From assembly GCA_032718475.1 (NCBI GenBank), contig JAUCBJ010002448.1, positions 1 through 64,000 of the forward strand: a stretch of DNA of 64,000 bases. The letters run 5' to 3'. A program made the translations under genes and the position numbers. This document shows, piece by piece, positions 14,401 through 28,400 of this stretch; the stretch's first letter is position 1, and each line of letters starts with the position of its first letter. Below the pieces are notes generated by a model, which did no database searches, had not been told where the DNA came from, and saw only the letters and a list, made by a program, of their open reading frames with translations. This DNA comes from Nemertoderma westbladi (taxonomy: Eukaryota > Animalia > Xenacoelomorpha).

Positions 14401-17400
14401 AGACAACGAGAATTAGTATAGAACTAATAATTATGTAAAAATACAATCATATTTCATACAATAATTATTAATAAATTCGATCTATTATTAGTTGCTCAAT
14501 TCTAGAACAAAATCGTCCTGCAACTAGTGAAGACCTCGTTTTGGAATTTCGAAACCACGCTGGTGCGATGCGCGATATCGTGTTTAGTTAATAAATTGAA
14601 AACTCCATCAATTCATGTGCAACCAGTAATAAGAAATCTTCAAGTTCTTTAATTTTTGATCAGTTATCTGTCAATTACTATTATTTAATTAATTCCATTA
14701 CTTACATATTATACATTTAAGAATTAAATGCGGAAAAAAATAAGAAATCGCGATAAATGTAATTAAATAAAAATTATTCTAGAAAAATTTTCCTCAAAAA
14801 GTATGAAGTCTTGGCATTGGTGACGCGAAACTAGGCTAGTGAGATTCAGGATATTGCGTTTAATATAAAAATCGAAAACGCTATCGAATTCCGTAAAGGC
14901 GTTAATAAAATACTGCAACTTTTTTGAAATTTGTAAAATTCTAGAACTAGAAAAAATTAATTTTTGAACGGCGCTGTTTGGGGTTTCGAAACATGGATAG
15001 GCTGAAAGAGGACATCGAATTAAGTTGAAAAATAAAAACCCCATCGAATTTGGACAAAGCGTTCCGGAGTTATAGCGGATCGAAAAAAATTGACCCCCCC
15101 CCCCAGTCGCCAAAAATTTACAGTAATTTAAAATTTTGCAAAAAAAATTTTTTGCGTTATTTTTGATGGCGAATCGATTGGCAGTACTGGCTACGAAAAA
15201 TTTTTTTTTGAAATTTTTGGTCAGAAAAAAAAATGGAAAAAGTATATTTTTAAAAAGATTTGATGTCTTTGCCTATGGTCAGAGAATGATCCAACTCTGT
15301 AACTTGGCAATCGCTCAAATCCATTCAGCTGAATGGCACAGTAGAGTAAACTAAAGTAAATTCCCTATACAATGTTCTGAAGGGGTGACTGACAGAGAGT
15401 AATCCAACAATAAAACATTTTGCAATAATGTTGGCATTAACGTAGCCAACACACTGTGTACGTAACAGTCATTCAGCTTACATTAGCAGAGTGAGATATT
15501 CCCATAGATTGCATTGGGAAGAGTAATTCAGCTGAGGCGATATTAGATTTCAAACTAAACCAACCAGTTAATAATGTTTGCTTTGACAGAGAGTGGTGGC
15601 CTATACAAACAGTATGGGTGTACTGAGTATAATAATCTTGGCAGGCAACCTCATCCATTTATTACTAAGCCTTCTGTAGAAATGCATTACATAAGCCATT
15701 TTTCATCACGACACCAGCTGTTATTGGTGTTATTTTACCATTGCGCCTATGGCGTTTTTTCGTTTATGTCTATTTTTCGAGCCCACGGCTCATGGACGAA
15801 ATAGCGGAACATACCAGGGACCTTATAATCGCGGTATCTAGATGCTGTGAAAATTTCATCAAAATCGTTAGAGTAGTTTTGGCTGTAGATCAGCCAGCCA
15901 GTCTCGAGCAATTCTTACAGTAATGAACCTCTCGGTTCCTAACTAGAGACGGCGTCAAGACGCCGTTAAGCAAGTCGGAAGTCATCAATCAAATGTAAAT
16001 TCCATCAACAAGCTGTCATTGGTGTTATTTTACCATTGCGCCTATGGCGTTTTTTCGTTTATGTCTATTTTTCGAGCCCACGGCTCATGGACGAAATAGC
16101 GGAACATACCAGGGACCTTAGAATCGCGGTATCTAGCCGCTGTGAAAATTTCATCAAAATCGTTAGAGTAGTTTTGGCTGTAGATCAGCCAGCCAGCCAG
16201 CCAGCCAGTCAGCCAGCCAGCCAGCCAGTCAATCAGCCAACAATTCTTACAGTAATCAAGTCCTACGACTTGCTAACTAGTGACGGGCCTAGCGGCCCGA
16301 TAAGGAACCGACTTTTTATTTCAAATAAAAGAGACAACGAGAATTATTATAGAACTAATAATTATGTAAAAATACAATCTTATTTCATACAATAATTAAA
16401 TAAATTCGATCTATTATTAGTTACTCAATTCTAGAACAAAATTGACCTGCAACTAGTGAAGACCTCGTTTTGGAATTTCGAAACCACGCTGGTGCGATGC
16501 GCGATATCGTGTTTAGTTAATAAATTGAAAACTCCATCAATTCAAGTGCAACCAGTAATAAGAAATCGCGATAAATGTAATTAAATAAAAATTATTCTAG
16601 AAAAATTTTCCTCAAAAAGTATGAAGTATGAAGTATGAAGTATGAAACTAGGCTAGTGAGATTCAGGATATTGCGTTTAATATAAAAATCGAAAACGCTA
16701 TCGAATTCCGTAAAGGGGTTAATAAAATACTGCAACTTTTTTGAAATTCGTAAAATTCTAGAACTGGAAAAATTTATTTTTGAACGGCGCTGTTTGGGGT
16801 TTGGAAACATGGATAGGCTGAAAGAGGACATCAAATTAAGTTGAAAAATGAAAACCCCATCGAATTTGGACAAAGCATTCCGGAGTTATAGCGGATCGAA
16901 AAAAATTGACCCCCCCCCCAGTCGCCAAAAATTTACAGTAATTTAAAATTTTGGAAAAAAAATTTTTTGCGTTATTTTTGATGGCGAATCGATTGGCAGT
17001 ACTGGCTACGAAAAATTTTTTTTTGAAATTTTTGGTCAGAAAAAAAAACATGGAAAAAGTATATTTTTAAAAACATTTGATGTCTTTGCCTATGGTCAGA
17101 GAATGATCCAACTCTGTAACTTGGCAATCGCTCAAATCCATTCAGCTGAATGGCACAGTAGAGTAAACTAAAGTAAGTTCCCTATACAATGTTCTGAAGG
17201 GGTGACTGACAGAGAGTAATCCAACAATAAAACATTTTGTTGGCATTAATGTAGCCAACTCACTGTGTAAGTAACAGTCATTCAGCTTACATTAGCAGAG
17301 TGAGATATTCCCATACAATGCATTGGGAAGAGTAATTCAGCTGAGGCGATATTAGATTTCAAACTAAAGCAACCAGTTAATATTTGCTTTGACAGAGAGT

Positions 17401-18558
17401 GCAGGGCCTAAACAAACAGTATGGGTGTACTAAGTACAATAATCTTGGCAACCTCATCGATTTATACTAAGCCTTGTGTAGAAATGCATTACATAAGCCA
17501 TTTTTCATGAGGACACCAGCTGTCATGGGTGTTATTTTACCATTGCGCCTATGGCGTTTTTTCGTTTATCTCTATTTTTCGAGCCTTGGAAAAAAAATTT
17601 TTTGCGTTATTTTTGATGGCGAATCGATTGGCAGTACTGGCTACGAAAAATTTTTTTTTGAAATTTTTGGTCAGAAAAAAAAACATGGAAAAAGTATATT
17701 TTTAAAAACATTTGATGTCTTTGCCTATGGTCAGAGAATGATCCAACTCTGTAACTTGGCAATCGCTCAAATCCATTCAGCTGAATGGCACAGTAGAGTA
17801 AACTAAAGTAAGTTCCCTATACAATGTTCTGAAGGGGTGACTGACAGAGAGTAATCCAACAATAAAACATTTTGTTGGCATTAATGTAGCCAACTCACTG
17901 TGTAAGTAACAGTCATTCAGCTTACATTAGCAGAGTGAGATATTCCCATACAATGCATTGGGAAGAGTAATTCAGCTGAGGCGATATTAGATTTCAAACT
18001 AAAGCAACCAGTTAATATTTGCTTTGACAGAGAGTGCAGGGCCTAAACAAACAGTATGGGTGTACTAAGTACAATAATCTTGGCAACCTCATCGATTTAT
18101 ACTAAGCCTTGTGTAGAAATGCATTACATAAGCCATTTTTCATGAGGACACCAGCTGTCATGGGTGTTATTTTACCATTGCGCCTATGGCGTTTTTTCGT
18201 TTATCTCTATTTTTCGAGCCCAGAGGCCATGGACGGAGTAGCCGATCATGCCAGGGACCTTAGAATCGCGGTATCTAGATGCTGTGAAAATTTCATCAAA
18301 ATCGTTAGAGTAGTTTTGGCTGTAGATTAGCCAGTCAGCCAGCCAGTCAGCTAACAATTCTTACAGTAATGAACCTCTCGGTTCTCGAGCCCAGAGGCCA
18401 TGGACGGAGTAGCCGATCATGCCAGGGACCTTAGAATCGCGGTATCTAGATGCTGTGAAAATTTCATCAAAATCGTTAGAGTAGTTTTGGCTGTAGATTA
18501 GCCAGTCAGCCAGCCAGTCAGCTAACAATTCTTACAGTAATGAACCTCTCGGTTCCTA
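8446..18558 (-). mobile_element. Head-to-tail array of HINE-like elements (two subTIR types)
   Basis: Units start ACTAG(T/A)GACGG-hairpin at ~8446, 9560, 11125, 14345, 15942 and 16276. They end with a CAGC/CAGT microsatellite plus TCGGTTCCTA or CGACTTGCTA. The ~1.5 kb bodies are near-identical. Strand is inferred from the HINE layout. Confidence 0.8.
11188..11990. repeat. Degenerate pentamer satellite (CTCGG/CTCGA/TTGGG)
   Basis: 5-bp periodicity throughout. It produces the spurious RLGSIGLDS-type ORFs. Confidence 0.95.
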
Positions 18559-18597
18559 ATTAACTCATTTCACGTGCTGCGCGAAGGCCCCACTTCG

Positions 18598-19771
18598 TGT
18601 ATAAATAAATGTATAAAATGTATAAATATAAAATGTATAAAAGCTATCTTTCTAAAACAATGCATTTGGGTTTATTCACAATTATTTACAATATTTATTC
18701 CCCTCACACTTTCATAAAGAAATCCGGACCCGTTGCTTGTTAATTGATAACACAATTACTCTTGTAAACGACTACTTAGGAATTTTGGTAAATTTTTATA
18801 ACATTGTTGGGACTTAGTCCAACGTTTAAGAACTGAATGTTTCGCTTCAAAACGCATCGCCCAATGCGTGCACGGAGGGCCAAAATTTATGATATCATCA
18901 ACCAAGTGTAACATGTAATGCAACTTAGGAAAAGATTTCTTATAACACTTAATAAAAGCATTACCATGCTCTTCCACAAGTGCTTCGAGAAGACAAATGT
19001 CATCTGGAGATATAAAATAAGACATACAAATTTGTACAATCCTATATAGAAACATTAGACATTGCCATTTCGCATTACTTTCCTTAAAATACTCACCAAC
19101 AGCTACTGGTAAAACATTTAAAAGGACATATGTCTGAATGGCAGACTGGCGTAGGGTGTACAACCCTTCAGAGGTTAATTGTTTATATTGTATCTTTGCG
19201 GGAATATCTGTACATTGTCTATTTGAATAGTTATATTGACTGATTTTGTTGTTAAGTTCATCAATCGACAATATATGTCTGGTTACAATCAAATCTTGAA
19301 GTATTAGTTTAATTTCAACAATAACCACACCTTCAAAGAAATCATGATGAAAATCATGTATTAAACAAGTTGTTAAAGAAAAGTTCGGAATATCTGACAA
19401 TGGACTGGGACCAATAATACCAAACATAACTGAGTTGGCTTTCCGTGTGGAAATTGGACTGTCACTGTCCATAACCAATTTCAGTTGACTTGTATAAAGC
19501 TCTTCTGTTCTCAATTCTAACCCTGAACTTTTTATTTTAATTGGTATTTCGATATTTTTTATCATGCAACTGCGGCAACTGCTGATGCTGGGTTATCGGC
19601 GACCAAACACAATAAAGTTCCATAACACTTTAAATTATTAAATGTGTAACCTTCACCTAAAATTTTCATAGCTCTTATGAAATCAGACAAAATTTCATTC
19701 ATATACAAGGAAACGTCAACACTAAAACAAACAGATTGCAAAAAAATACAGTTTAATTTCTTAGAAACCAC
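18598..19771 (-). pseudogene. Decayed CMC/EnSpm-like DDE transposase core
   Basis: Motifs LCLVADN, LRT...Y, HDFHHDFFEGV and PKLHYMLHLVDDIINFGP...WAMRFEAKH. Contains a frameshift or deletion and stops. Confidence 0.75.
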
Positions 19772-20354
19772 CTGTTTGCAAACTATATGTGTTTATTAAC
19801 AAGAACCAACAGTTTGAAAATAAAACCGACATTTTTACCTTTCATAGAAACCGCCGGTTTGCAAACTATATGTGTTTATTAACAAGAACCATCAGTTTGA
19901 AAATAATCAATTGTGATTTGGGTGAAACTTTTACCATAAAGTCTGCGATGTTTAACAGTATTGCAACTGTTCGTTATTCGAATAATTGCTTCTTTTCACT
20001 ACTCAATCGTGAGGATGATGGGGAGACTGGGAAATTATGGAACGGGTTCATGCCGAGTCGAGTTCAGAGAACTTATTAATGGATTATCTTACCCTGCACA
20101 GAAAGAAGGTTTGCGCAGTTCTTATACACGAAGAAAATCCTTTATTCCTCTCCATGATAACACGAAACCATTTGAATCCGATAACCAAGAGTCTTAATGT
20201 AACAGCAGCAAAAGGGATCCGCCTATACAATCCAGTTTTTAAAGGGTCTGCAAATTCAAGGAAATTTGATTAAAGATATCCCCCTACTATTATTGATTTG
20301 TGAAGCATTACAACGATGCGGAATGATTCAATGACTTCAACACTTATATAGCTA

Positions 20355-22675
20355 GTCTTCAACAGCGAATTATCTCTAAAGGAAATGGATTGTTTTTGGC
20401 TGGAACCCAGTTCAAGAAGCGAACTGGAAAGCATGGACTCATACTGGACCCAGTGGTCACAAGTCCCTGTCCCAGATAGACCATATTCTGTTTCGTAGGA
20501 AATACAGGAGCTCTATACAAGACTGTAATGCATTTACACTTCGAACCTTTTCCAGTGATCACTGCCTTATTGTGGCCAAGGTAAGACTTAGTCTGCGTGC
20601 TAGCAGAACAACGAAATCTGCCTTGCCGCGACATGACTGGTCCTCTCTGTTGCAACAGCCAAGTATGAGATCCAGCTTCACACTACAGCTGAGCAACAGG
20701 TATGAGGCTCTTGCCTCTGAGGCGGCAGATCACTGTGAGGGCTATACTGCCTTTACAGAAGCAGTTAAATTAGCAGCTGCAGAAACTGTTCCTGTATACC
20801 CTCAAAACAGGAAAAGGGCCCCCTGGACTGACAACAAAATTCAGAAGTGCCGAAATGACCTTCATAAGGCGCAGAAAGAGTCCCGACTCAAACAGACTAC
20901 AGCGGCCAAGAATGCAGTTAAGGCTGCATCTAGGTCCCTGAACAGGCAGTATTCTGTTAATCTACAGGAGCTAATAAACCAACAGGTTGATGCCATCAAT
21001 GATGCTGACGACAGCAGGCAATCATCCCAGGCATGGAAATCGATCAACTTGCTTACTGGGTGGAAAAGCCAATAAACCACCAAGGTTAAGGCTGAATCTC
21101 CAGCCGATGGTTGGAAAGCCCACTTTGAAAAGCTCCTCAATAATGACAGGGTATTGCCTGATAACTTTATAGAAGTAAAAGTGTCTGAGTCTGTACTCCC
21201 AGATATTCCCATTGGCGATATCTCCTTTGCAGAAGTGAAGGCTGCTGCAAAGAGCATTAAGAACAATCATGCCAGTGGAGTAGATGGTGTTCCCCCTCTG
21301 AGGTCTTTAAAATACCTGAGTGTTTAAACCTCATCTATCCCATCATAGTAGACATGTACCGAACATCAAGAGTCCCACAAGAAATGAAAACAAATAAGTT
21401 GGTGCCAGTTCCCAAGAAGGGCAACCTAACACTCTATGGTTCTTTTCGGGGAATCTCATTGATCTCAATTGCTGCAAAGCTATACAATAGGATTCTATTA
21501 AATCGCATTATGGATCCCATTGAGAGACTGCTCCGTGGAAATCAGAATGGGTTCCGTAAAGGTCGTGGGACCATGGAGCCCATTTTGGTACTTAGAAGGA
21601 TAATTGAAGAATTATCAAAAAAGAAAGACAGGCATCTGGCTGTTATCTTTGTTGACTTCTTCAAGGCCTTTGATTCAGTCTCTCGCTCACGTCCTCCAAG
21701 GAGACACACTTGCACCATTCTTGTTCATTATTGTGGTTGACTATGTTCTACGCATGTCCTTAGATCATCATAATGATGATGGGGTGATGATAACTCCACC
21801 TACTGGCTCCAGAAGTCGAGGAAATCCTGCCAAGTACCTAACTGATCTAGACTTTGCTGATGACTTAGGAGTACTCTCAGAATCATTAGAGGGAGCCCAA
21901 CGGCTCCTCAGCTCATTAGAACATGCTGCTTCTAGTGTTGGTCTTTTTATTAACTCCAGAAAGACCAAAATTTTGACAGTTAACATTGAAAGTCCTCAGC
22001 AAGTCTCTGATCAGATGAGCATAAGCTCAAAGGATGGTATGCTTGATCATGTGGATGACTTCTGTTACCTGGGATCATGGATCCGGAAATCAGGTGAGGA
22101 CCTTCGAATACGTAAGGGAAAGGCATGGGCAGCCTTGAATAGGCTTTCCAGGATTTGGAAGTCACCAAGAATTAATCGGAAACTTTAGGTCCGATTATTT
22201 AGAGCAGCAGTAGTTCCAGTACTCCTCTACGTGAGTCCATGCTGGGCTCTAACTGCTGAGGACACCAAATCTCTGGATGGCACATTCACAAGAATGCTAC
22301 ACCGGGTTCATTGTGTCAAGTACAATGCACACATCTCCAACCAGACACTATATAACATTGGAGGTGTCTCATTGGTTCCCCCAAGCTTGACACTAGAACA
22401 AAATCTCCTCCGCTTTGCAGGACTTTGCTTTCGCCGTGAGGACCTGCCAGTGCATAATCTTGTACTTTGGCAGCCTCATGGAGTGAATAAGCATGGTGGA
22501 CAGCCCATGACTTTCTTGAGACGCATCTTAAAGGACACTGGCCTTGAAGATGCGGATGATCTAGCAAATGTCATGGGTGATAGGGAGTTGTGGCGGTGCA
22601 ATTTTGTTGACAACCCGGCACAGCATTCTTAAAAATGCAGCTGCAATGCAGCATGCCGATTCTAGTAGTAGTAGC
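20355..22675 (+). mobile_element. 5'-truncated RTE/RTEX-type LINE (end of APE endonuclease + RT), degenerate
   Basis: QIDHILF and SDH (APE). QNGFRKGRGT, FVDFFKAFDSV, VLQGDTLAPFLF, LDFADDL and FCYLGSWI (RT). (TAG)n tail. Contains frameshifts, stops and an internal deletion near 21688. Confidence 0.9.
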
Positions 22676-23204
22676 TCTAAAGACAAGTAGCAACTATAAC
22701 TACTTCCTACTACTATATATATAACTACTACTACTATAATTCCATTATATGACACAACCACTGTCGCTCACAAAGCAAAATTACTCAATCATTTCGAAAA
22801 TTCAATCGTTCTGACTACAAATATAAGTGCGAGTGTGAGTTCCCTATTGTGAATTTCCTATAAATTAAGTTTCCTATATAAATAATGAAAATTTAAATAT
22901 AAAGGAATTGGATTGGATTAGCGAAGCAACTAATTGGATTAATCAATTATCCATTATTACTCAGTATAATTACCAACCTACGGCTATATTAAACAATGTA
23001 AAGTGGGTCAGAGTGATAAATTTCGTAAAGTGCTAAGTGTAGTGAGTTGCCAAGTATGAGTGTTAGTGTTGATTCAACTAAACTGGAGACTACAATGGAT
23101 AATTTGTACTGTTGGTTATAAACTCTAAAGGCAAGTTAAAGTAAGCAATGAAGTTGTTAATAGTCATTTAAAAAGTCGTTAATATTTCAATAAAGTATGT
23201 TAAT

Positions 23205-23735
23205 AAGAGTGAGTGAATGTGTGATGAGCGAGTGAGTGAGTGAATGAGTGGGTCAGTGAATGAGTGTGTGGGTGAGTGAGTGAGTGAATGAATGGGTGAA
23301 TGTGTGAATGAATGAGAGAGTGACTGATTGAGTGTGTGAATGAATGAGTGAGTGAATGTGTGAGTGAGTGAGTGAATGAGTGATTGAGAGAGTGAGTGAA
23401 ATAAGAATGTAAGTGAGTGAGCAAGTAAGTGAGTCAGTAAGTAAGTAAGTAGGTAAGTGAGTAAGTAAGTAAGTAAGTGAGTAAATAAGTGAGTGTGTAA
23501 GTAAAGTAAGTGAGTGAGTGTGTAAGTAAGTCGGTAGGTGATTATGTAAGTAAGTAAGAAAGAAAGTAAGTAAGTGGGTAAGTAAGAAAGTAAGTAACTA
23601 AATGAGTGAGTGAGTGAGTGAATGTGTGTGTGTGTGTGAGCGAGTGAGTGAGTGAATGTGTGAGTGAGCGAGTACGTGAATGTGGGGGTGTGTGTGTGTG
23701 TGTTGGGGTGTGTGTGTGTGTGTGTAGGGGGGTGT
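23205..23735. repeat. Compound microsatellite (GAGT)n/(GTAA)n/(GT)n
   Basis: Visible directly in the sequence. Confidence 0.95.
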
Positions 23736-24773
23736 TTGTAGAACCCCTAAAGGTCTAACTACACAGCAGCTTTTTAGGCTAAAGTGCTAACTTTTTTAAA
23801 GTGCTAACATAAAGTGCTAACCAAACCTGCCAAATTAATTCTAAAGACATGATTGGTGCAAATTTGCTTTCAGTTTGGCTGTTAGTACTTTAAAGGTTTT
23901 GCAAACTCGGACATGTGTATGTGTAAATTGCGATGCGCCCCCTAGCGTCTCATGTGTGCATCAATATATTGGCAGAATCTTCTATAGTGCTAACTTTGTG
24001 TGTAAATGTTAGCAGTATAATATTATAAAAATAAAGTTACTATAGTGCTAACTGCACTGTGTAAATGTTAGCAGTATAATATTTTAAGAGTAAATTGAAT
24101 ATAGTGCTAACCTAAGTGTGAAAATTTTGGCAGTTATAATGAACAAAAATCACATAATGAAAATATATAAAAGTTAAACTGTTTTTGGGACGATGAAAAA
24201 GGCAATTTAAAATCATTGAATTACTATTAATATCGTTTTAGGACTCTACGTAGGTACAATACTGTATGACAAAATAAACAAGTAACCATCACTTTTTGCA
24301 CTTTGAGATGTCCAGTTCCTTTTTTTATTCATTCCGTTGGATTCAGAACAGATGATTTTCAATTGGTGCTCAAATTTGGTACTAACACCAAAATTTAACA
24401 CCAGAATAATAACAAGTTTCAAATCTCTAGTACATTTTTCCGAAGAATTCTGAACCCCCCAAGTCGGTTGACAAAAAATAGAGATGACGGTACGGTACAA
24501 TTCATAAGTTCTATATCTTGAAAAGGTTTTTTTTTTGAAAAGTAAGTTCAGATTCCGAACTCTGTTTGATTGAGAAACATAATTGATAAAACCACGGGTC
24601 GTATTACCCCCCACATCCTCCGGGTTTAATAGGGTTAAGTATGATGGCTTAATAACATTTATTGATATTATTCAGAGTCGAATACTAAACTTCATGTGAC
24701 TGACATGGTAATTTTGAACAACAATAATAGGCAGTATTTATTTTTATCACGTTACAGTTAATGGTTAATTAAT

Positions 24774-25082
24774 TTATCTTTTACGTTTCCTGATTCGGTT
24801 ATATATTTGATGGTAAATATGCCGCCATGGGATACTACCAAGAATACTGTGCTCTCTTTGAATTTGCTCTATTTCCTCCTTTTTGGGCGGCGTCATATTA
24901 AGTAGGTTTTTCTCAAAGCACCTCTCTATTGTCTTTAACTCTTTCTTGGACCAATTTCGCTTTTCCATCGGTTTTGATTTCTCCCTACGCTTCTTTGTAG
25001 ACCTAGGCAACTTCTCTTTTTGGCAACCATCATTCAACATAGGCGATATATTCTCTTCTCCAACACCACTGGTAACCCCAAC
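24774..25082 (-). CDS. Last exon of the Crypton-type tyrosine recombinase (C-terminal helical, Myb/HTH-like domain)
   Basis: KRNWSKKELKTIERCF...PPKKEEIE...W..IY..IYN. The phase-0 intron GAG|GTTGGT (25419)...TAG| (25083) joins it in frame to the upstream ORF. Confidence 0.65.
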   Translation of the reverse strand, partial: VGVTSGVGEENISPMLNDGCQKEKLPRSTKKRREKSKPMEKRNWSKKELKTIERCFEKNLLNMTPPKKEEIEQIQREHSILGSIPWRHIYHQIYNRIRKRKR

Positions 25083-25419
25083 CTATTTATAGAAAAATAA
25101 GATTATTCGAATCTAATTAGAAAGACTATAACAAAACTCATCCTTAATATCATTGTAATGGTAAGTGCGAAACTATATAATATGATTTTCTAAGGCATCC
25201 TCTGGGTTTCAAAATTTTAATATTTTTGAACTGAAGTGAATTTTTGTCTAGTTTTAAATTTTTAAAGAACCAATAATTGCTTCTGACTGAGATCGTTAAA
25301 TTTGTTAATATTGTATTAGTTTCAAATATTTTCTATTAAATCTTCTATCAATTTATATTTTCTTAGTGATACAATCTTTCTGACAGTGCACCAATTCCAA
25401 TTATATTAGTATTACCAAC

Positions 25420-28400
25420 CTCCCTCTCGAATTCATTTAGGACATCATATTCATCTACATTTATCTTTCCGTCTTCCTCGCGATCTATACTGTGAACTAT
25501 ACTTGGAACCTCTTCAGTTTCATCAGGTATCTCTTCTCCATTTCGAACCTGTTCGTCTTCATCCTCTATATCGGACAACACATCTTCTAATGAGATTTCT
25601 GTCATCTTTTTACCAGCGGATTTGTTTAGTTTTCCTTTACTAATGGCGAGCATGACTTTCGATATTTGGCTGATTTCAATGACATTGTCGTGGAGTCTGT
25701 AAACTTGTTGGTGTATCATGGGTGAGTGCCCCAAATGTCGGCTCAGCCAATCTTTCTCATTTTCATCTAAGTTTAATAATTGGCAGACAGTGGCGCAGTA
25801 CTTTCTTAATATTGTGCTTCTGATCAATTCAGGTTGTTTTAATTCATAACGATAAGCATATTTGTGCAATATATCCAGCCCTCTTATTGGATTAGCACCA
25901 GTAGACTTGAAGACATATTCATTGTCATCCAAATTCTCGCAAAGGTACAGCAACAGAATTCGTACCTGTGGTGTTATTAGGATCGGAACTGGTCTTCCTT
26001 GCTTCCCCAATATTGTTATCGTGCCAATCCGTTTAATAAGCTGTTTTTCAATGTCTGATAATTTGGAGATAACCTCCTTGGGTGTTTGAGCAGTGGGGTC
26101 CCTATTTAGCCCATTTAAGACTGTGTGGCATTTAATGCCACCTGGTTCACTAGCTCGCTTGCTGTTGAAGATGATAATTTGAGCAAGAACTATCTCCTGC
26201 GTATGTCTATAATTTCGACATTCTTTATCCATGGACGATATTTTAAGAATATCTTCATTGACTCGTTTGTGAAATAATACAATATCTTCAGTTAGTGGTA
26301 TGGTTTGAACTTTATTAAAGCGTTCTTTTATAATTCCATGCCGGGCACGCCGCGACACTATAGACCCCCATTCCTTCTCATACAGCGTCAAGAAATCAGT
26401 TGACCGTGTTTGCATCATAGTATTGTTTGTTTTGATTGCATTACAATGAATCACACCATCGAGGGCCTTTAAGTTATAACCGATTTTCAGCTGTGTGGCC
26501 TTTACAAAGTTTAAAGTAACACAATCAGAGACCCTATCAAAATTTGCAGGATTTATCATATCCTGCGCCTGGAATCGAAAATTATCTCTTTGCAGTAAGT
26601 TCAACAACCGAGCCAAGCGTCTTAAGGTCTGTTGGGAAGATGAAAGACTCTCATCACCATCTCTTCTTCTCTTTAGAAAAAATTTAGCCAACTCGACAAA
26701 TGATGTGTCACTCTTGAGTATATCAAGTATTACATCCTGGCGCATGCTGGCATATAAGGAGCGAAGTTCACTGCTCTCATCAAACTGGACCATATCTAAA
26801 GCGCGACCAGCGATTAAGGATCCCACATGAGATGCACCAGCAGGTTTTAATGTACATTTTTTCGAATGCAGACTCAGCTGATGAGAACGAAAAGAGGCTT
26901 TACAAAATGGGCAACTTGTTACTTGATCTGTACTTGTGGATTGTATTATTGCGTTTGAATTTTTTATATGACCATCTCGCCTTTTTACAGCAATGATTCC
27001 TGCCCCATGCTTTCGCACACTGTTATTATGCTTGAAATTACCCTCATTGCGAAGAAGTTCAATAATATCCTGTCTTTTCTTGAAAAGTGTTTGCTCAGCT
27101 AAAGAGAATTGCTTTCTCTTTTTCTTGAATTCAATTCCTTTATCAATATCAATTAATTGATTAACATGCGACTCTTCACTATGTATTTGCTTGAAATGTC
27201 TTACCAGGTTAGTCTGTGGAAGAGTACAATAGCGACCATACTGCACTTTAACACCTCGATTGGATAAAACACTATCTACACAGATGGCGGCTGGTTCTTC
27301 AGAAACGTAAGATGTCATTTTAGGTTTGGTTAAAATCATTTCAGCTGGAATGGATAATTCGCGACCACTCCATGAGAGGAACTGCACCAGTTCTATATCC
27401 TCGCCACCAGCACCCTCCTTGTAGTGCTCCAGTTCTATATCCCCGCCACCGGAACCCTCCTTGTAGTGCTCCAGTTCTATATCCACGGCACCGGCACCCT
27501 CCTTGTAGTGCTCCAGTTCTATATCCCCGCCACTGGAACCCTCTTTGTAGTGCTCCAGTTCTATATCAACGGCACCGGCAACCTCCTTGTAGTGCTCCAG
27601 TTCTATATTCTCGCCACCGGAACCCTCCTTGTAGTGCTCCAGTTCTATATCCCCGCCACCAGAACCCTCCTTGTAGTGCTCCAGTTCTATATCCCCGCCA
27701 CCGGAACCCTCCTTGTAGTGCTCCAGTTCTATATCCACGGCACCGGCACCCTCCTTGTAGTGCTCCAGTTCTATATCCCCGCCACCGGAACCCTCCTTGT
27801 AGTGCTCCAGTTCTATATCAACGGCACCGGCAACCTCCTTGTAGTGCTCCAGTTCTATATTCTCGCCACCGGAACCCTCCTTGTAGTGCTCCAGTTCTAT
27901 ATCCACGGCACCAGCACCCTCCTTGTAGTGCTCCAGTTCTATATCCCCGCCACCGGAACCCTCCTTGTAGTGCTCCAGTTCTATATCCCCGCCACCGGAA
28001 CCCTCCTTGTAGTGCTCCAGTTCTATATCCCCGCCACCGGAACCCTCCTTGTAGTGCTCCAGTTCTATATCAACGGCACCGGCAACCTCCTTGTAGTGCT
28101 CCAGTTCTATATTCTCGCCACCGGAACCCTCCTTGTAGTGCTCCAGTTCTATATCCACGGCACCGGCACCCTCCTTGTAGTGCTCCAGTTCTATATCCCC
28201 GCCACCGGAACCCTCCTTGTAGTGCTCCAGTTCTATATCCACGGCACCGGCACCCTCCTTGTAGTGCTCCAGTTCTATATCCCCGCCACCGGAACCCTCC
28301 TTGTAGTGCTCCAGTTCTATATCCCCACCACCGGAACCCTCCTTGTAGTGCTCCAGTTCTGTATCCCCGCCACCGGAACCCTCCTTGTAGTGCTCCAGTT

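Larger units (their letters stand above)
6837..18597 (+). mobile_element. Helentron-associated non-autonomous element (HINE/DINE-1-like) with nested insertions
   Basis: Subterminal inverted repeats GTGGGGC (6838-6844) and GCCCCAC (18587-18593). 3' hairpin CGCGAAG-loop-CTTCGTG. (GTC)n microsatellite near the 5' end and internal tandem repeats. Inserted at a TT site with no TSD. Confidence 0.65.

Noticed and set aside
5251-18330. Repeated short ORFs in the 97-bp array, HINE units and pentamer satellite
   Set aside because: They recur only because the DNA is repeated, their frames break between copies, and they show no domain similarity.
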